A DNA stretch of 63,774 nt, the filler included, from Octopus bimaculoides (lineage: Eukaryota): assembly GCF_001194135.2 (NCBI RefSeq). It is 8 parts of 8 records of this genome, joined end to end, with 100 filler letters (N's around TTAATTAATTAA, not from the genome) between each part and the next. Parts side by side here need not be neighbours in the genome. Positions count along the whole stretch, not along the records: positions 6,237 to 26,943 come from NC_069005.1; 7 more parts are not named here. One strand, written 5' to 3'. Of this stretch, positions 11,616 to 24,951 are shown piece by piece. The translations under genes were made by a program, and so were the position numbers. Numbering within the stretch: the first letter of the stretch is position 1; each line of letters begins with the position of its first letter. The notes beneath the pieces were generated by a model. It was not told the origin of the DNA, did no database searches, and saw only the letters and a list, made by a program, of their open reading frames with translations.

Positions 11616-11783
11616 TATTATTATTATGATTATAACACTACGAAAAATAATATCAATAATAATAGTAATAACAACATTAACGAATGTCTTCTTCTTTTTC
11701 TTCTTCTTCTTACCACCGACACCACCACCACCACCACCATAATCATCGTCGTCATCGTCCTCCTCCTCCTCATCATCATCTTT

Positions 11784-11831
<48 letters not shown>

Positions 11832-11950
11832 GCCACCATCACCATCACCACCATCATCATAATCATCATTAGCACCGTCATCGTCGTTATTATTATTATT
11901 ATAATAATAATAATTATTATTATTATTAATATCATCGTCATCATCATCAA
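11540..11950. repeat. Compound trinucleotide array (AAT, TTC, CAC, CAT, ATT)
   Basis: Visible; source of the poly-I/D/H pseudo-ORFs. Confidence 0.9.
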
Positions 11951-12832
11951 GAACAACAAACAAAACGACAGCAAAGGCAACATCAACAGCAAAAACATCA
12001 ACAACGGTAACAACAACAATGATAACAAAATAATATTCTCAACAGTAGCAAGAAAGGACGACTCTAAAAACCCAATGAAAAAAAAAAAACTAAAAGAAAC
12101 CATGAAAACAACATCAAAAATAGAATAATATAAAATATAAATAAATAAGAAAAGAAATAATAGAAAAAGCAACGATGTGCCCCTTGTTTATTATTCCCAA
12201 CTATATTCTGAGGCTTATTTCATTAGCACCAGAAATTCATATTTGAAGTTAATGTATATAAATTCAATAATGGATTCTTTGCTTAAAGCGCAACGACGAA
12301 TTTATGAGGTTGGCAGCCATTTTGTTTTACAAATATTTTTTTCTCTCTCTTTTTAATTTTGCGCACTGCCTTCGCTTCCAGCAACAAAATTCCACACAGA
12401 TGCACGCATGCATAAAGAAGCGCCAACACAATAACAATCGTTTCTAAACACTACGCAACCATCTTTTATATAGGAATATATTGACTTCATTATGCTTGAA
12501 AACACACAAGCAAGGACAGGTTTGGTGCATATACACACGTGTAGGAAGCATAAACCCCCATTCTGGAGACAACACAGGAACGCTAATACTGAGCATACAT
12601 ACATATACGTTTGTGTGTATGCGTGTGTGTATATATGTCCGTGTTGTTAGCTGTGCCTGTTTATTACATACAAGCCTATATATATATATATATACGTACA
12701 CATACAAAATAAAATCAGTAAGTCAATAGATATTTGCGTATGGAAATTAATTGTTAGTCTTCACGTATTATATACACACGTATAAAAGCATACGTCCACA
12801 TATACATACATATATACATACATACATAGGTA

Positions 12833-12867
<35 letters not shown>

Positions 12868-13172
12868 NNNNNNNNNNNNNNNNNNNNNNNNNNNNNNNNN
12901 NNNNNNNNNNNNNNNNNNNNNNNNNNNNNNNNNNNNNNNNNNNNNNNNNNNNNNNNNNNNNNNNNNNNNNNNNNNNNNNNNNNNNNNNNNNNNNNNNNNN
13001 NNNNNNNNNNNNNNNNNNNNNNNNNNNNNNNNNNNNNNNNNNNNNNNNNNNNNNNNNNNNNNNNNNNNNNNNNNNNNNNNNNNNNNNNNNNNNNNNNNNN
13101 NNNNNNNNNNNNNNNNNNNNNNNNNNNNNNNNNNNNNNNNNNNNNNNNNNNNNNNNNNNNNNNNNNNNNNNN

Positions 13173-13206
<34 letters not shown>

Positions 13207-13589
13207 GTATATGTGTGTTTGTGTTTGTGTGTGTGTGTGAGACAGAGAGTGTGTATGTGTACACGTGTTTTTTTTTTATACATAATATATACATACAAAT
13301 GAAATTCGAAGTGCAGAGCAGATGGTAAAACGTGTGTGTGAATCAACATCCTCCCTTGGTTCTCTGTAGCCTATATATTTGGCGGTTGTTTCTCAAATGT
13401 ATTTTCATTGAAATAAAAATACCATAAATGCATAAATAACCAATTTCATTAGATTTGTGTTTTGATGCACGTTTAATATCTTGTCGTTTTATTACATTGA
13501 ATAGGAATGAAACATTTGAGGAGAGAGACTAAGAGAGATGCTGTTTGATGGGGCCAAGGAAAGGAATTCAAAGCAGCAACAGAGAGATC

Positions 13590-14345
13590 GGGAGAGAGTG
13601 AGAGAGAGAGAGAGAGAGAGAAATAATGTTTGATGAAGACAAGGAAATGAATTGAAATAACAAAAGAGAGAGCTAAAGAGATAGAGAGCTAGATGGAGAG
13701 GGAAAGAAAGAGTGAGTGAGTGAGAAAGAGAAAGAATGAGAGAGAGAGAGAGAGGGAGGAAGTGACAGAGGGAGAGAGAGATGGTGGCAGTGGTAGGGTG
13801 AGGGCGTAGTTGAGTTTTGACAGACGAACAACGAAACGTGAAGATGAAAGATGAAGGGAAGACAGAAAAGAGGCGGGAGGAGGAAGACCATGATAAAGGA
13901 TGGAGTGTGATAGAGAGAGAGAGTGATGTCAAGGGAGAAATGACGCGAGGGGAAATACACAGAAAGAATGTGAGCGAAGAGAGGGAGAGGGAGAGGGAGA
14001 GGGAGTGGGGTGAATGATACAAAGAGAAATAGAGAGGGAAAGAGATAGACTAGAAAGTGCGGTTCAGAAAAGGAATAGCTGGAAAGAAAAGGTTGAGTGG
14101 AACGCTCCAAAGTGGGAGGTGGCGAGAGGAGCAGTATGAGGAAAAGAAAAGAATGAGAGAGGATCAAAGAAGGACAGACAAAGGAGAAGCATTGAAGGAG
14201 TGAGAGAGAAAGAGAGAGAGGTATTGAAGGACAGACAAACTGAGATACAAGTGAGGAAGAGGGAAAGAACAAATGGAAGAGGAAAGAGAGGAGGACAAAG
14301 GATAGAGTGGGGGACGAAGAGCAAGAAGATGAGAGAGGGGATAGA
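13590..14345 (+). repeat. GA-rich polypurine low-complexity tract
   Basis: About 750 bp of strongly purine-biased + strand with (GA)n runs. Confidence 0.85.
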
Positions 14346-14385
14346 ATGAACAAGAAAATGAGGCAAGCGAAAGAGGAAGAATATA

Positions 14386-14423
<38 letters not shown>

Positions 14424-14611
14424 GGCGCAGTAGTGGGTGTGTGCTAAAAAGTTTGCTTCCCAACCACCTGGTTCTGGGTTCAGTCCCACTGCGTGGCACC
14501 CTGGACAAGTGTCTTCTAACATAGCCTCGGGCTGACCAAAGCCTTGTGAGGGGACTTAGTAGAGGGAAAATGTAAAGAGCATGTTATATACATACATACA
14601 AACATACATAG

Positions 14612-14701
<90 letters not shown>

Positions 14702-14802
14702 GTATTTATATGTTTGTGCGTCTGTACTTGTTCCCCCACCGTCTCTTGACAAACGATATTCGTTTGTTTACGTCCGCGTAATTTAACAGTTCGACAGAAG
14801 AG
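14424..14802 (+). mobile_element. SINE family A: tRNA head, internal (TA)n, start of the 3' half
   Basis: GGCGCAGTAGTGGGTGTGTG..GGGTTCAGTCCCACTGCGTGGCACC; after the (TA)n it resumes homology to positions 40-115. Confidence 0.85.
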
Positions 14803-16424
14803 GGAGAAGGAGGGAGAGAGGGAGGGAGATGTGGGTGAAATGAGTAGAATTGAAACTGAGTGGAACTGAAGATGACTTTTCCTCCTTCTCAACAAAAGAG
14901 TTAAAAGGGAAGTGAAAATCAGATGAAAAAGAATTTACGTCTGGCGTAAATATTGCTGACAAATATCATATATCAGGAAAAAATTAGACTTATTACAAAA
15001 CCGACTTTGCATTAACGTTGTTCTGAGGTCTTAGATTCAAATCCGTTAGTGGCACTTTTACCTTCTCCTCCGTATTTCAACTTATTTCAATCTTTGCTTC
15101 ATAGGCTTTCATTCTCTGAGACGTATTGCAGATTTTATTTTATATGTCGTATTATACCTGCGCTGTAAGCATAAATATTGAAAGTTATGTGAAGTGAGTT
15201 ACTTAATATTTAAATATCAAAACAAACGAGAAGTGTCATACTAACTTCCAGCATGCCATCTACGACTTTATAGCTTATATATTATCTATAAACATCAGAA
15301 TATTTGTCGTCACATATCATTGATATTTTTTCTCCTGTTACTGTTGTTGACACATTTACCATGCTATATATAAAAGTGAGAACCCGCGATTAACTTTATC
15401 TTTCATCTTAAGAGGGTCGTTAAAATAAATACCAGTTGAGTACCCGAATTGATGTAACCAATTAGACGTTCTCCTCAAGGTGTTTAGTATTGTGTCAGTA
15501 TTAGAAAGAATACTTGAAAATAAGAATCCAGCAGTCATTTCGATTAGCGGAAGAGGAAACAGAAAATATCTACCTTGTAGAATCTGATAAAAATTTGACG
15601 GTCGTTGATAAACTCTCGAGGCGTCCGGACAAATCAATATCTTAGCCTCTATAGAATGTAGTTCGCGACAGCAAATCCCATCATATATAGATAATATATA
15701 GGTTGCTCGAAAGTTTTAACTTTAAGCTTTGTTCTCTTACGTTATTGGATTGAAAGCTTCTATGGTTTAACTCACCCTTGGCACGACGCCCAATCAAAAC
15801 GTATCGGGACTGATGCTATAAAAAAAGAAAAGTACAATACAAAGGAAAATTCGGCATATAATATCCTTCGAAATAGTCTCCTTCCGAAGTCACATACTTT
15901 ATCGATGTTTCCATTGAGGGAAGCATTTCAATAACTCCTCTCTTGGGGAGCAGCTGCCTTCTTTTACTATCTTGAACTATTGTTCCTTTCAAGTTGTGTT
16001 TTTACTTTTCGAAATGGAAAAACATCGCAAAGAGCGGGATCTGGGATGAGCTGTACTTAGCTAAAATCTGCTGCACGTCAAGTCTGTTTTGGCACAATCT
16101 TGGTAGACATACGTCTCATACACAAATCTTCTGAGTGTGAGAACATGGCATGAAGTGAAACTTCACTAATATACAAATCCTCATGCAACAGTGATTGGCC
16201 GGTCTTTCCCAACCTCTGTAGGAAGAAATTGCAGATGAAATCGATAACACTGGGTCTTCGATTACATTAATGGTCTATCTCCTATCCATTTACTTGACCA
16301 ATTTTGTTTGCTACAACAGCACAAATATATATTTTGTTCGTATTAGAAACTTTTACTCGAACAAATCGACACCAATAGACACTATCAAATTCTCTCACAA
16401 ATCTTTGATCCTTTCGGGAATTTT

Positions 16425-16525
16425 AACATAAATAAGACACGTACCCAAGGTGTCAGGCAATTAGACTGAAGCTGCGACCATACGTGTGAGAAATAAGCTT
16501 CCCAAATGCATAGCCACACCTGCAC
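16425..16525 (-). mobile_element. SINE family A head, degenerate
   Basis: CCCAAGGTGTCA..AAGCTTCC..ATAGCCACACCTGC is the reverse complement of the family A head. Confidence 0.5.
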
Positions 16526-17461
16526 ATAATAAAAAATCTCGATATCTAAGGACAATAAAAATGATGAAAAAAAACAACACAAAAAAGCAAGAGAAAAGAA
16601 AGGAAACAAACGAAGACGGCTTTCAACCAATCCAATTCCATTGACAATACAGTGTTCAACAACCCGAGATGACAAGCAGGGAGATCCAACCCGGGAGTTC
16701 GTTGTTCTAAAGTAACCTTGTTAACCGTTCTGCAAGGCTGTATCCATAAGAAATTAACACACTCTTCAATTATGTATAAAGGGTGATCATTTAATGAGAC
16801 AGATCTGCTAATGAGACTGGCGAATTAATGAATTTGATTACAAATGTAATCTCTTTGATCCTTCACCGTTCTTGTCTCAAGGGGATGATCTCGTTAAATC
16901 AGTGATGCTATTAAAACTCAGCATTACAATCCAAACGATAAACTCATCAATTATCTAACGAGTGGGACTATTTTCTGTCGTAATATCCCGATATTTCCTC
17001 CTGGATGCCTTTAATCCCGATCCACTCGCATCTTCCAGCCCCCTATTTTAGACCGTATCGGTGTGTAAGGGTTTCTTTTCTTGTGTACACGTTTAATCAT
17101 TAAATTTAACAGTCTTCAGCAGATATTAAATGGACAGCAGCGACAAAAACAGCAAGAAATACGACAGTTCAGAAACGGAAATAAAATCAATTTCGATAAC
17201 TAGAAAAGAGATTCCCGCTATTGAAAATGTCGTCTTTGTTGCTGCAGCTGTTGCTGTTGTTGTTGTTGTTCTTGACGTTGCTGTAATCGCTGTTGTTGCT
17301 GTTCAAGTAGACATTAATACTGTACTTGCAGAATCTATGACATTTCGCAGATATTAAAAGTAGTCTTCATGTATTTATTGCTGTTGATTTCGGCACATTT
17401 ATTTTTTTAATTGTTTCTCATGATGTGGTAGTTCATAATTATATATCTGTTTCACTTTTAA

Positions 17462-17722
17462 TTTTACTTCTTTCAATTACTGGACTACGGCCAGGCTGGG
17501 GCACGATATTCTAGCGCCTTAGCCGAACAATTTACTTACAGGCAGAGAAACAAAGCATCACCAGTTGTCAAGCAGTGTGAGATAAACACACACACACATA
17601 GTATATATGATATACACACATATATACGTATACATATATATATGTCATATATATATATATATATATATCAATATATATATATATAATATATACTTGTATA
17701 TATCTATGTGTGTGTGTGTATG

Positions 17723-17757
<35 letters not shown>

Positions 17758-17898
17758 NNNNNNNNNNNNNNNNNNNNNNNNNNNNNNNNNNNNNNNNNNN
17801 NNNNNNNNNNNNNNNNNNNNNNNNNNNNNNNNNNNNNNNNNNNNNNNNNNNNNNNNNNNNNNNNNNNNNNNNNNNNNNNNNNNNNNNNNNNNNNNNNN

Positions 17899-17932
<34 letters not shown>

Positions 17933-18250
17933 ACAAAAGAGGGTGTGGTATTTCCACGCAGGAAAAAATATAGGAAAAGGTGTTGTTGAAAATGAACCTA
18001 AATTTCAACATTTACGAGGTTTGGAAATTTAGGTGCATTTTCAACATCACATTTTCCTATATATATATTATATAGAGAGAGAGAGACAAGCTTCTTTTCA
18101 GTTTCCACCTACAAGGTGACTCCCACAGGTGTTTCCATAACTCCGGATTATCACCACTTAGACACTAGTACAAGGTGCCGAGAAATGTGACTGAATTGAA
18201 TGTCAGATGGTTGCGAAGCGAACGTCTCAACCACACAGACATTCCTACTT
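17462..18250 (-). mobile_element. SINE family A, degenerate, spanning a microsatellite and gap, with a small hairpin inside
   Basis: Tail-like segment at 17462-17580 and head-like segment at 18090-18250. Confidence 0.55.
17969..18061. mobile_element. 93-bp hairpin/MITE-like element bounded by TA
   Basis: Left arm TATAGGAAAAGGTGTTGTTGAAAATGAACCTAAATTTC; reverse complement of right arm TATAGGAAAATGTGATGTTGAAAATGCACCTAAATTTC; short central loop. Confidence 0.65.
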
Positions 18251-18494
18251 CCATAATGCATAATCCGCCCCATTCCCCACCAGCGATATAGAAACTTAAT
18301 CTTTACTGTACTTTAGTGAAAAACTAGGGAATGTGCATTATTTAAAACCATTTCGAAATGTGGAAATAGTCAGTAACATTTTTCAGCTCATAAACATTCT
18401 TCTGGGTGATGGTCTGTCACTTATAATTTGTTGATGGATTCCTTTTAAATTTATAGATTTCATTCGAGAAAAATTGCGAAATTGTTAACGTAAG

Positions 18495-18495
<1 letters not shown>

Positions 18496-18549
<54 letters not shown>
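18496..18549 (+). repeat. (ACT)n microsatellite
   Basis: Visible. Confidence 0.95.
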
Positions 18550-18550
<1 letters not shown>

Positions 18551-19009
18551 AACTGTGTAACATATCTTCCAGAGTAGGATTCCTCATGAAGATTTGAATA
18601 AAACAGCAATAAAGATCCATCCTAAAATTTTTGACGCAGACGTCCATTATTCGGGAATCAGTTACTTCTGTTCACTGCTTTTGTTGGTGTGTCTTATTTT
18701 TATGTTACGATCATTAAATGGACTTGCAAAATATTTAAAACTTGATTTTTTTGCTCCGTGCTTTGAAGTTAGCAGCAGATCCACGACTTTTGTTGTTGTT
18801 ATGTTTTTGTTTTACGGCATTACACTCATCAGCAATGTAATGAATTCATTCTTCTGTGATTGGTTGAGACTAGGCGGTCATAATTTGAATTTCAAAAATG
18901 AGAATAATGGCTCAGAAAATTTGGCATGATGAAAGAATTCATGAATTTGCTGATATATTTCTTTCAGTTTTAAATTGACAGTCTTTATATTACTCGCATT
19001 ATCTATCCA

Positions 19010-19445
19010 CCACCTTAAACATGGCTATGGTTCAGTATTTCGGCACACAACAACCTGGTTTCTAGTTAAGATATAGTGCGTGTAAATTGTGGTAGATGTC
19101 TTCGACTGTGAATGAATTTTCTAGGCAGAGTGTGTGCGGAAGCCCTCGGGTATATATATATATATNNNNNNNNNNNNNNNNNNNNNNNNNNNNNNNNNNN
19201 NNNNNNNNNNNNNNNNNNNNATATATATCTGTATGTATCTGTATGTGTGTCTGTGCGTATACATTTATGCGTTTGTGTCTTTGCGTTTGTGTTTGTGGCA
19301 CACAAAGCCATCCAGTGTTGTATTTTTAACTCTACGTACCATACATAAAATCCAGTTCTTGTGTCGATTGAGTTGACCAAATACTTCAAGATGCTGCTCC
19401 AGCATTGCCACAGTCCAATGAATGAAAAAAGTGAAAAGTTAAAGG
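19010..19445 (+). mobile_element. SINE family A, old copy spanning a (TA)n gap
   Basis: GGAAGCCCTCGGGTATATA before the gap; GCTGCTCCAGCATTGCCACAGTCCAATGAATGAAA tail at ~19393-19430. Confidence 0.6.
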
Positions 19446-19849
19446 TAAAAATAAAAATAAATGAAGATAAATCTAGGATTTGCAATCTTCACGTTTGGCA
19501 AAAAATTTCCCTCTCACTTAAAATATGATATATTTTTCTTCTGTGACGCAATAAAGATTTCGAAATATCTATCTGTTTCACATTATTACATTTCCTTTTC
19601 TCACAGGGATTCAAGATTTATGATATTGTTTTAGACAGATAATGATTATCATTTCAAGATTTAGTGAAACCGTTGCTTGAAACATCTCCAGGCTACACCA
19701 TATTTTAAGTGTAATCATTTCACGCACTCCTCTTCTAGTTTAAGTATAACGCGTGATATTGTAAATCGTGCATTTGCTAAATTTAGAGGAGGCTTGAGAG
19801 GAATGCCTCTGAAACCTCAATCAGGGCAGCTCTATATTTTGGCTAATCT

Positions 19850-20530
19850 TAATTTATTTTGGTAAATCGACATCTTTATTGATATCTATTCTTTTAATTG
19901 TATCTTTATTTATCTAAACCAATTTTTTTTGGTAATATTAAATTGTTCATCAACACCACTTTCAACGATTACATGGTTCGCTTAATCTAATGCATCCGTA
20001 ACCCCCTCAAGAATAGTAAAAATACATTAAATCTCCATTTTAATATCTCCCTGATTCCCTGCAAATCCAGCACTTACATCGGTGGCAGTATCTTCAATTT
20101 GTCTTATTGTCCTGCCAGACAAAGTACCTCTACATTTTACGTTATGCTAGCAAAAGTATAGCTTAACCATTCACGTCAATTCTATAATTGCACAGAGACA
20201 TATTGTCACAAATTTTCCGTTGGGTAATTTCAATATTCATAGCAGCATTTTTTCCTACAGTTACTGCAGAATTTATGTATGCTTTAGTAGAAAGGCACAC
20301 GTATATTGCGCCATTGACCCTAGATGTTTCTGTTTTAGGCGTTCGTATATCTATTTTCAATATATTATCCCTGAAATATTCAGTTGTATAATGATGCTTT
20401 AATTTAAATTCCTTCACTGGGAGTATTATTAAAGATACGTATATACTTGTCCTAAAATGATCATTTCTCCGTTTATTTTGATTTTCTTTAAATTGCTCTC
20501 ACTTATTTTTTTCCAGGCGAAGCCATTAAG
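19850..20530 (-). pseudogene. Decayed hAT (Charlie/SPIN-like) transposase N-terminal half
   Basis: Minus-strand peptides in the expected order across frameshifts: MASPGKK..KKIK, KEFKLKHHYTT (cf. KEYNLKRHY), LSGRTIRQIEDTATDV (cf. SLSRRTV.RRIE), SGVDEQFNITK (cf. RG.D..F.+TEE). Confidence 0.55.
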
Positions 20531-21039
20531 ACTTTTGTTTGTTAAAATAAAAGTAGTTATTGAAATTATTATAACAATCTACTCTCATTTTTCCCTAGTA
20601 GTATCTTTATCATATTACGAATTAGCGAAAATCAAAACAGCTCACAACTCACCTATAGAAGGAATTTTCTTATTCGGCAGATTTAAGAATAACTTACTAA
20701 CACGAAATGATGATATAAAAGAATGCGCACGTGCCTACATGGTAGACATAAAGAAGCTATATGTTTCAAACAGGATCTAGCGAAATAGATATAACATCGG
20801 AGAAAATGATTGGAAGCATTTCCTTTTACATATTACGTCATGAGATTAAATTTAACCAATGTGGATGGTGCCATTTCTCTTTTGGGATCAATAAGGTGCC
20901 AACCATGAAGTCGAATTGATGTAATGAACTTGCGTCACTACATTCAATTCTTTTGGCCCTGTGCCTCAATAGAAAAGCATTTAGGAATGTGAAGTCAATT
21001 ATCTGGCACTTCCTATTCTCTTTATCTACTACTATTAAA

Positions 21040-21480
21040 TCAGGACTTCAAGCTTCTATTACTCTATCAGTCTGAAGGTTGAAGTCCTCCAACATCTTAT
21101 ATTTCTTACTTTCTAGTAATCTACTAGGTTCATGTACATACCATTTATCAGTATGATCAAATCCTAGCTTTCTATATAAGTTCCAGTGGCTTGCTCTTCC
21201 TAGATTGTCATGACTTTTCTTGTATTCTTTCTGTGCCAGCATACGACATTCGCTTACTATATAAGTAACACTTTCCTCTTTTGATTTGCATAACCAACAT
21301 TAAGAATCTACTTGGTTTTTATCCAATTAGTCCTTAATGCTAAATATTCTGCTGCAACTAACAAACTTTCTGTCTCCCTCTTCAGCTTTCATTTCTGCAA
21401 CCATAGCCATGTCTCCTTCCTACTATTTGCTACAACTATCTTTGGGAATCTACCGCGCAAACCTTCTCCTGCCAGTCATA
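21040..21480 (-). mobile_element. R4/Dong-like non-LTR fragment (zinc-knuckle to RLE region)
   Basis: KLKRETESLLVAA and LAQKEYKKSHDNLGRASHWNLYRKLG..WYVHEP..DFNLQTDRVIE; homologous to 48955-49880. Confidence 0.8.
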
Positions 21481-21689
21481 TAACGTTTGTTCTATTTCTC
21501 GTTTTAAACTCTGTTTGCTTTTACTTTTTCGTTTCTCTATGTCTTTATATGACTCTAGCATCTGTGACTCTAGGACTGCTTTGAGGAGCCTGTATTTATA
21601 TATATATATAAAACTTATTTGGAAAAAGGATGCGTGGCGTTCGTTCATATAATCATATACATAATATATATATATATATACACACACAT

Positions 21690-21800
21690 ACTAAGTGCTA
21701 CCTTCAGTCTCCATTCACACGGCTTTTGTCGGCTCGAGATTATAGTAGATTTTGCCACTCAGTAGGCCTGAACGCGGAACCATGATGTTGAGAAACATCT
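21690..21800 (-). mobile_element. SINE family A, 5' half, degenerate
   Basis: CTGAACGCGGAACCATG..CCGCACAGCCAC. Confidence 0.55.
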
Positions 21801-22940
21801 CTTGCCGCACAGCCACGCATGGTCCTTATCAGGTTTTATTTTAATAGTGAATTTCTAGCAAGTTAAATTATCCATTCCTTGTTCCATTTGTTTTTTTGCT
21901 TTACCTAACTTGTCTATGAATTTATTGAACAGCATATTTTCTATCCAACACAGTATAAAATATTTGGGATTATATTGATGTTGGTTTATAGCTTTGTTAT
22001 TGATGTCTCTTTAAATATTTTTTTCCTAGTCGTTTCCAAATTTGAAACATGAAAGAAATGCTCATGTATTCTTCGGTTGTTGTTGTTGTTTAAACCATTT
22101 TCTTTTTATCACATAATAATATCCTGCATAACATTGTTAAAACGACCAATTTTAGTCTGTATTTCACTCTCAGGATGTCTGCTAGAGATTCGATTTTATT
22201 TTCTTGGAATATTTAGTTCCTGCTTGGTTTTTCCGTATCAGACCATTCCTTTGTATAGTCATCGAACCAGATTTCCTCCAATAATGCCATGGATACTAAA
22301 TAAATTAGGTCATTTATATTTTTTGATGTTCGGGTTCGTTTCTGTGGAAGTAATTCGTTGGGTAGATGAAAAGACGGTGGAGAGGTGGGTAGGTACCTAT
22401 TGCATTTAGCTATAATTTCCCGAGGATGGATTTTATTCGTAGCCTGGGGAGGAACTTCCGTCGATCCAAGTTTATTGATTTCCTGTTTCTATGGTCAATT
22501 CCATAGTTTTTATATTGTTGTGATAAATTTTACTCAAAGTTAACTCTAGTTAATCTGTTCCCGATATCTGCTTTTATTTGTTCTTTTTTCTTGTGGTTAC
22601 TGCGGTGGGGGTCGAGGCTATAACATCTCATTTAGTTGATTGTTTCCATGGTGATTACCAGAAGGTTTATTATTTTTTTTACTCTTCTCTTATTGGTTTT
22701 GATCAGTTACCAGCACTGTGTTAGTTTTTAGCTGGCTAAGTTGCATTCTTTGTGTTGTGAGGTTTTTGTGGTGTTTTACTAGTATTACGCAGGGGTCATT
22801 AGGGTTAACCCGCCAAAGTTTATGGGTTTTGTGCATAGCTAGTAACGTTGTCATACTTTCATTGACGTGAGACAGCTTCTCTTTCATAATCAACATAAAC
22901 CTCATCGACGTCATCATCATCATCATTGAACGTGTATTTA

Positions 22941-23150
22941 TTTTATCGAAGGGACGAAAGGCAAAGTCAACCTTGGCAGAACTTGAACACCTAAAGACGG
23001 ACAAATTACTTCAAAACATTTTTCCAGGCGTGCTAACTGTTCTGCCCGCTCGCCCCCTTAATGATGGAATTTGATCTCAGAGCGTAAAGCCGGGCGAAAT
23101 ACCGCTAGGCACTTCGTCTAGTATGCTAGATATTCTGCCAGTTCGCCATT
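22941..23150 (-). mobile_element. Two tandem SINE family B 5' portions
   Basis: Head motif GAA(T/C)TTGA..GACG..AAAT..GC..GCTA..TTCTGCC..TCGCC occurs at 22979-23059 and 23066-23150. Confidence 0.7.
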
Positions 23151-23152
23151 TC

Positions 23153-23159
23153 AATAATA

Positions 23160-23227
<68 letters not shown>

Positions 23228-23265
23228 CATAATAATAATAATGATGATGATGATGATAATAATAA
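23153..23265 (+). repeat. (AAT)n/(GAT)n microsatellite
   Basis: Visible. Confidence 0.95.
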
Positions 23266-23589
23266 CTCGCTGAAGTCTGTATGATGTTATATTATTTCAA
23301 TCCCTGTTTGTTGTGCCCTGAACCTGAACGTGGGCGGATCCAGGATTTGTGTGTCCGGTGTTAATAGCATGGATGCTGTAATGGGTGAAACGCCCATGCT
23401 TGGTTATAGTGATTAGTACAGATTTTAATGAAGGTCGTCATCATCATAATCATCATCATCATCATCATCGTGAACCACCACTTCCTCCTTCTCCTCCTTC
23501 CGCTCCTCATCTTCCCCTTCCTCATAAACATCATTATCATCGTTGTCACTGCCATATTCCTCATTATATCAACATCTTTAGGAAACAAG

Positions 23590-23810
23590 TAGAACCCTTA
23601 TTGACAGCGGTCAAAATATTTTGCGGCATTTCGGTATCGCCTACCGACCAACGATCTCTGCATTTTAGCATTCACTGTGATGTTTAGGTTCTGAATTCCA
23701 ATTCCATCGGTGTCGGTAAATAAGCACAACTCGAAGAACTGCTGTCGATGTAATCGATATCCTTCCTCCGCTGAAAATTACTTGCCTTGTACCTAAATTA
23801 GAAAGAAAAA
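23590..23810 (+). mobile_element. SINE family B, old copy
   Basis: GCGGCATTTCGG..GTTCTGAATTCC..GTCGGTAAATAAGCAC..GTCGATGTAATCGA..CCTTGTACCTAAATTAGAAAG. Confidence 0.5.
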
Positions 23811-24522
23811 ATATATCGAGCTATATTTGTTCATGTTCTTAAAATTCTGTGTTCAAATCTCATTCAAGTGAAATTTGTTTTTCATCCGTTCGGGAATATA
23901 ATGATCAGAAATGAAAACACTGATGAGGTACGGATGTCAATGAAAATGGAATAACCTCCACCGACCCTCGCATTAAATTGGTGGAACTGTGTTTACATCA
24001 TAGTTGGCTTTATATCATGCGCAGGTCTACATTGTGTGCAGCCATCCTTTAATGGAGATACCCGAAAATAGAAAGAAAAAAAAAACATAAAACGACTTGA
24101 AAGAGTAAGTGACAGAGTTTTGTATGGTTAAAGATATATCATACTTTTTTTCATTTTTTAATTTCTTCAATAATAGAAAAAGAAGGAATAAAATGGATTG
24201 AATGAATATGAGAACTAGTTATTTTACACCGGAATATATATATGAAGAAAGCAAGTTGCCAAACTAACATCGTGTCTATAAATGTGTGTGNNNNNNNNNN
24301 NNNNNNNNNNNNNNNNNNNNNNNNNNNNNNNNNNNNNNNNNNNNNNNNNNNNNNNNNNNNNNNNNNNNNNNNNNNNNNNNNNNNNNNNNNNNNNNNNNNN
24401 NNNNNNNNNNNNNNNNNNNNNNNNNNNNNNNNNNNNNNNNNNNNNNNNNNNNNNNNNNNNNNNNNNNNNNNNNNNNNNNNNNNNNNNNNNNNNNNNNNNN
24501 NNNNNNNNNNNNNNNNNNNNNN

Positions 24523-24572
<50 letters not shown>

Positions 24573-24839
24573 CACATAGAGACAGACAGACAGAAAGACG
24601 GATAGATAGACTGATAGGTAGATATGTATACGAGTGTATAAATGAATATATATATTTATGTCTGTACGTGTATGCCTGTGTTAGGTTATTAATTCGAAAA
24701 GAAAATATATTTTAAATGCGCATAATATATATTATGTACATATAGATATAAGCAATATTCATTCCAGTATTCACACATGCTACGTATATATATATATACA
24801 TATATACATATGTGTGTGTATAGATATCGATATATACAT

Positions 24840-24888
<49 letters not shown>

Positions 24889-24889
24889 C

Positions 24890-24951
<62 letters not shown>

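Noticed and set aside
23920-23950. Hammerhead at CTGATGAG..GAAA
   Set aside because: No convincing stem II and no UH plus stem I pairing.
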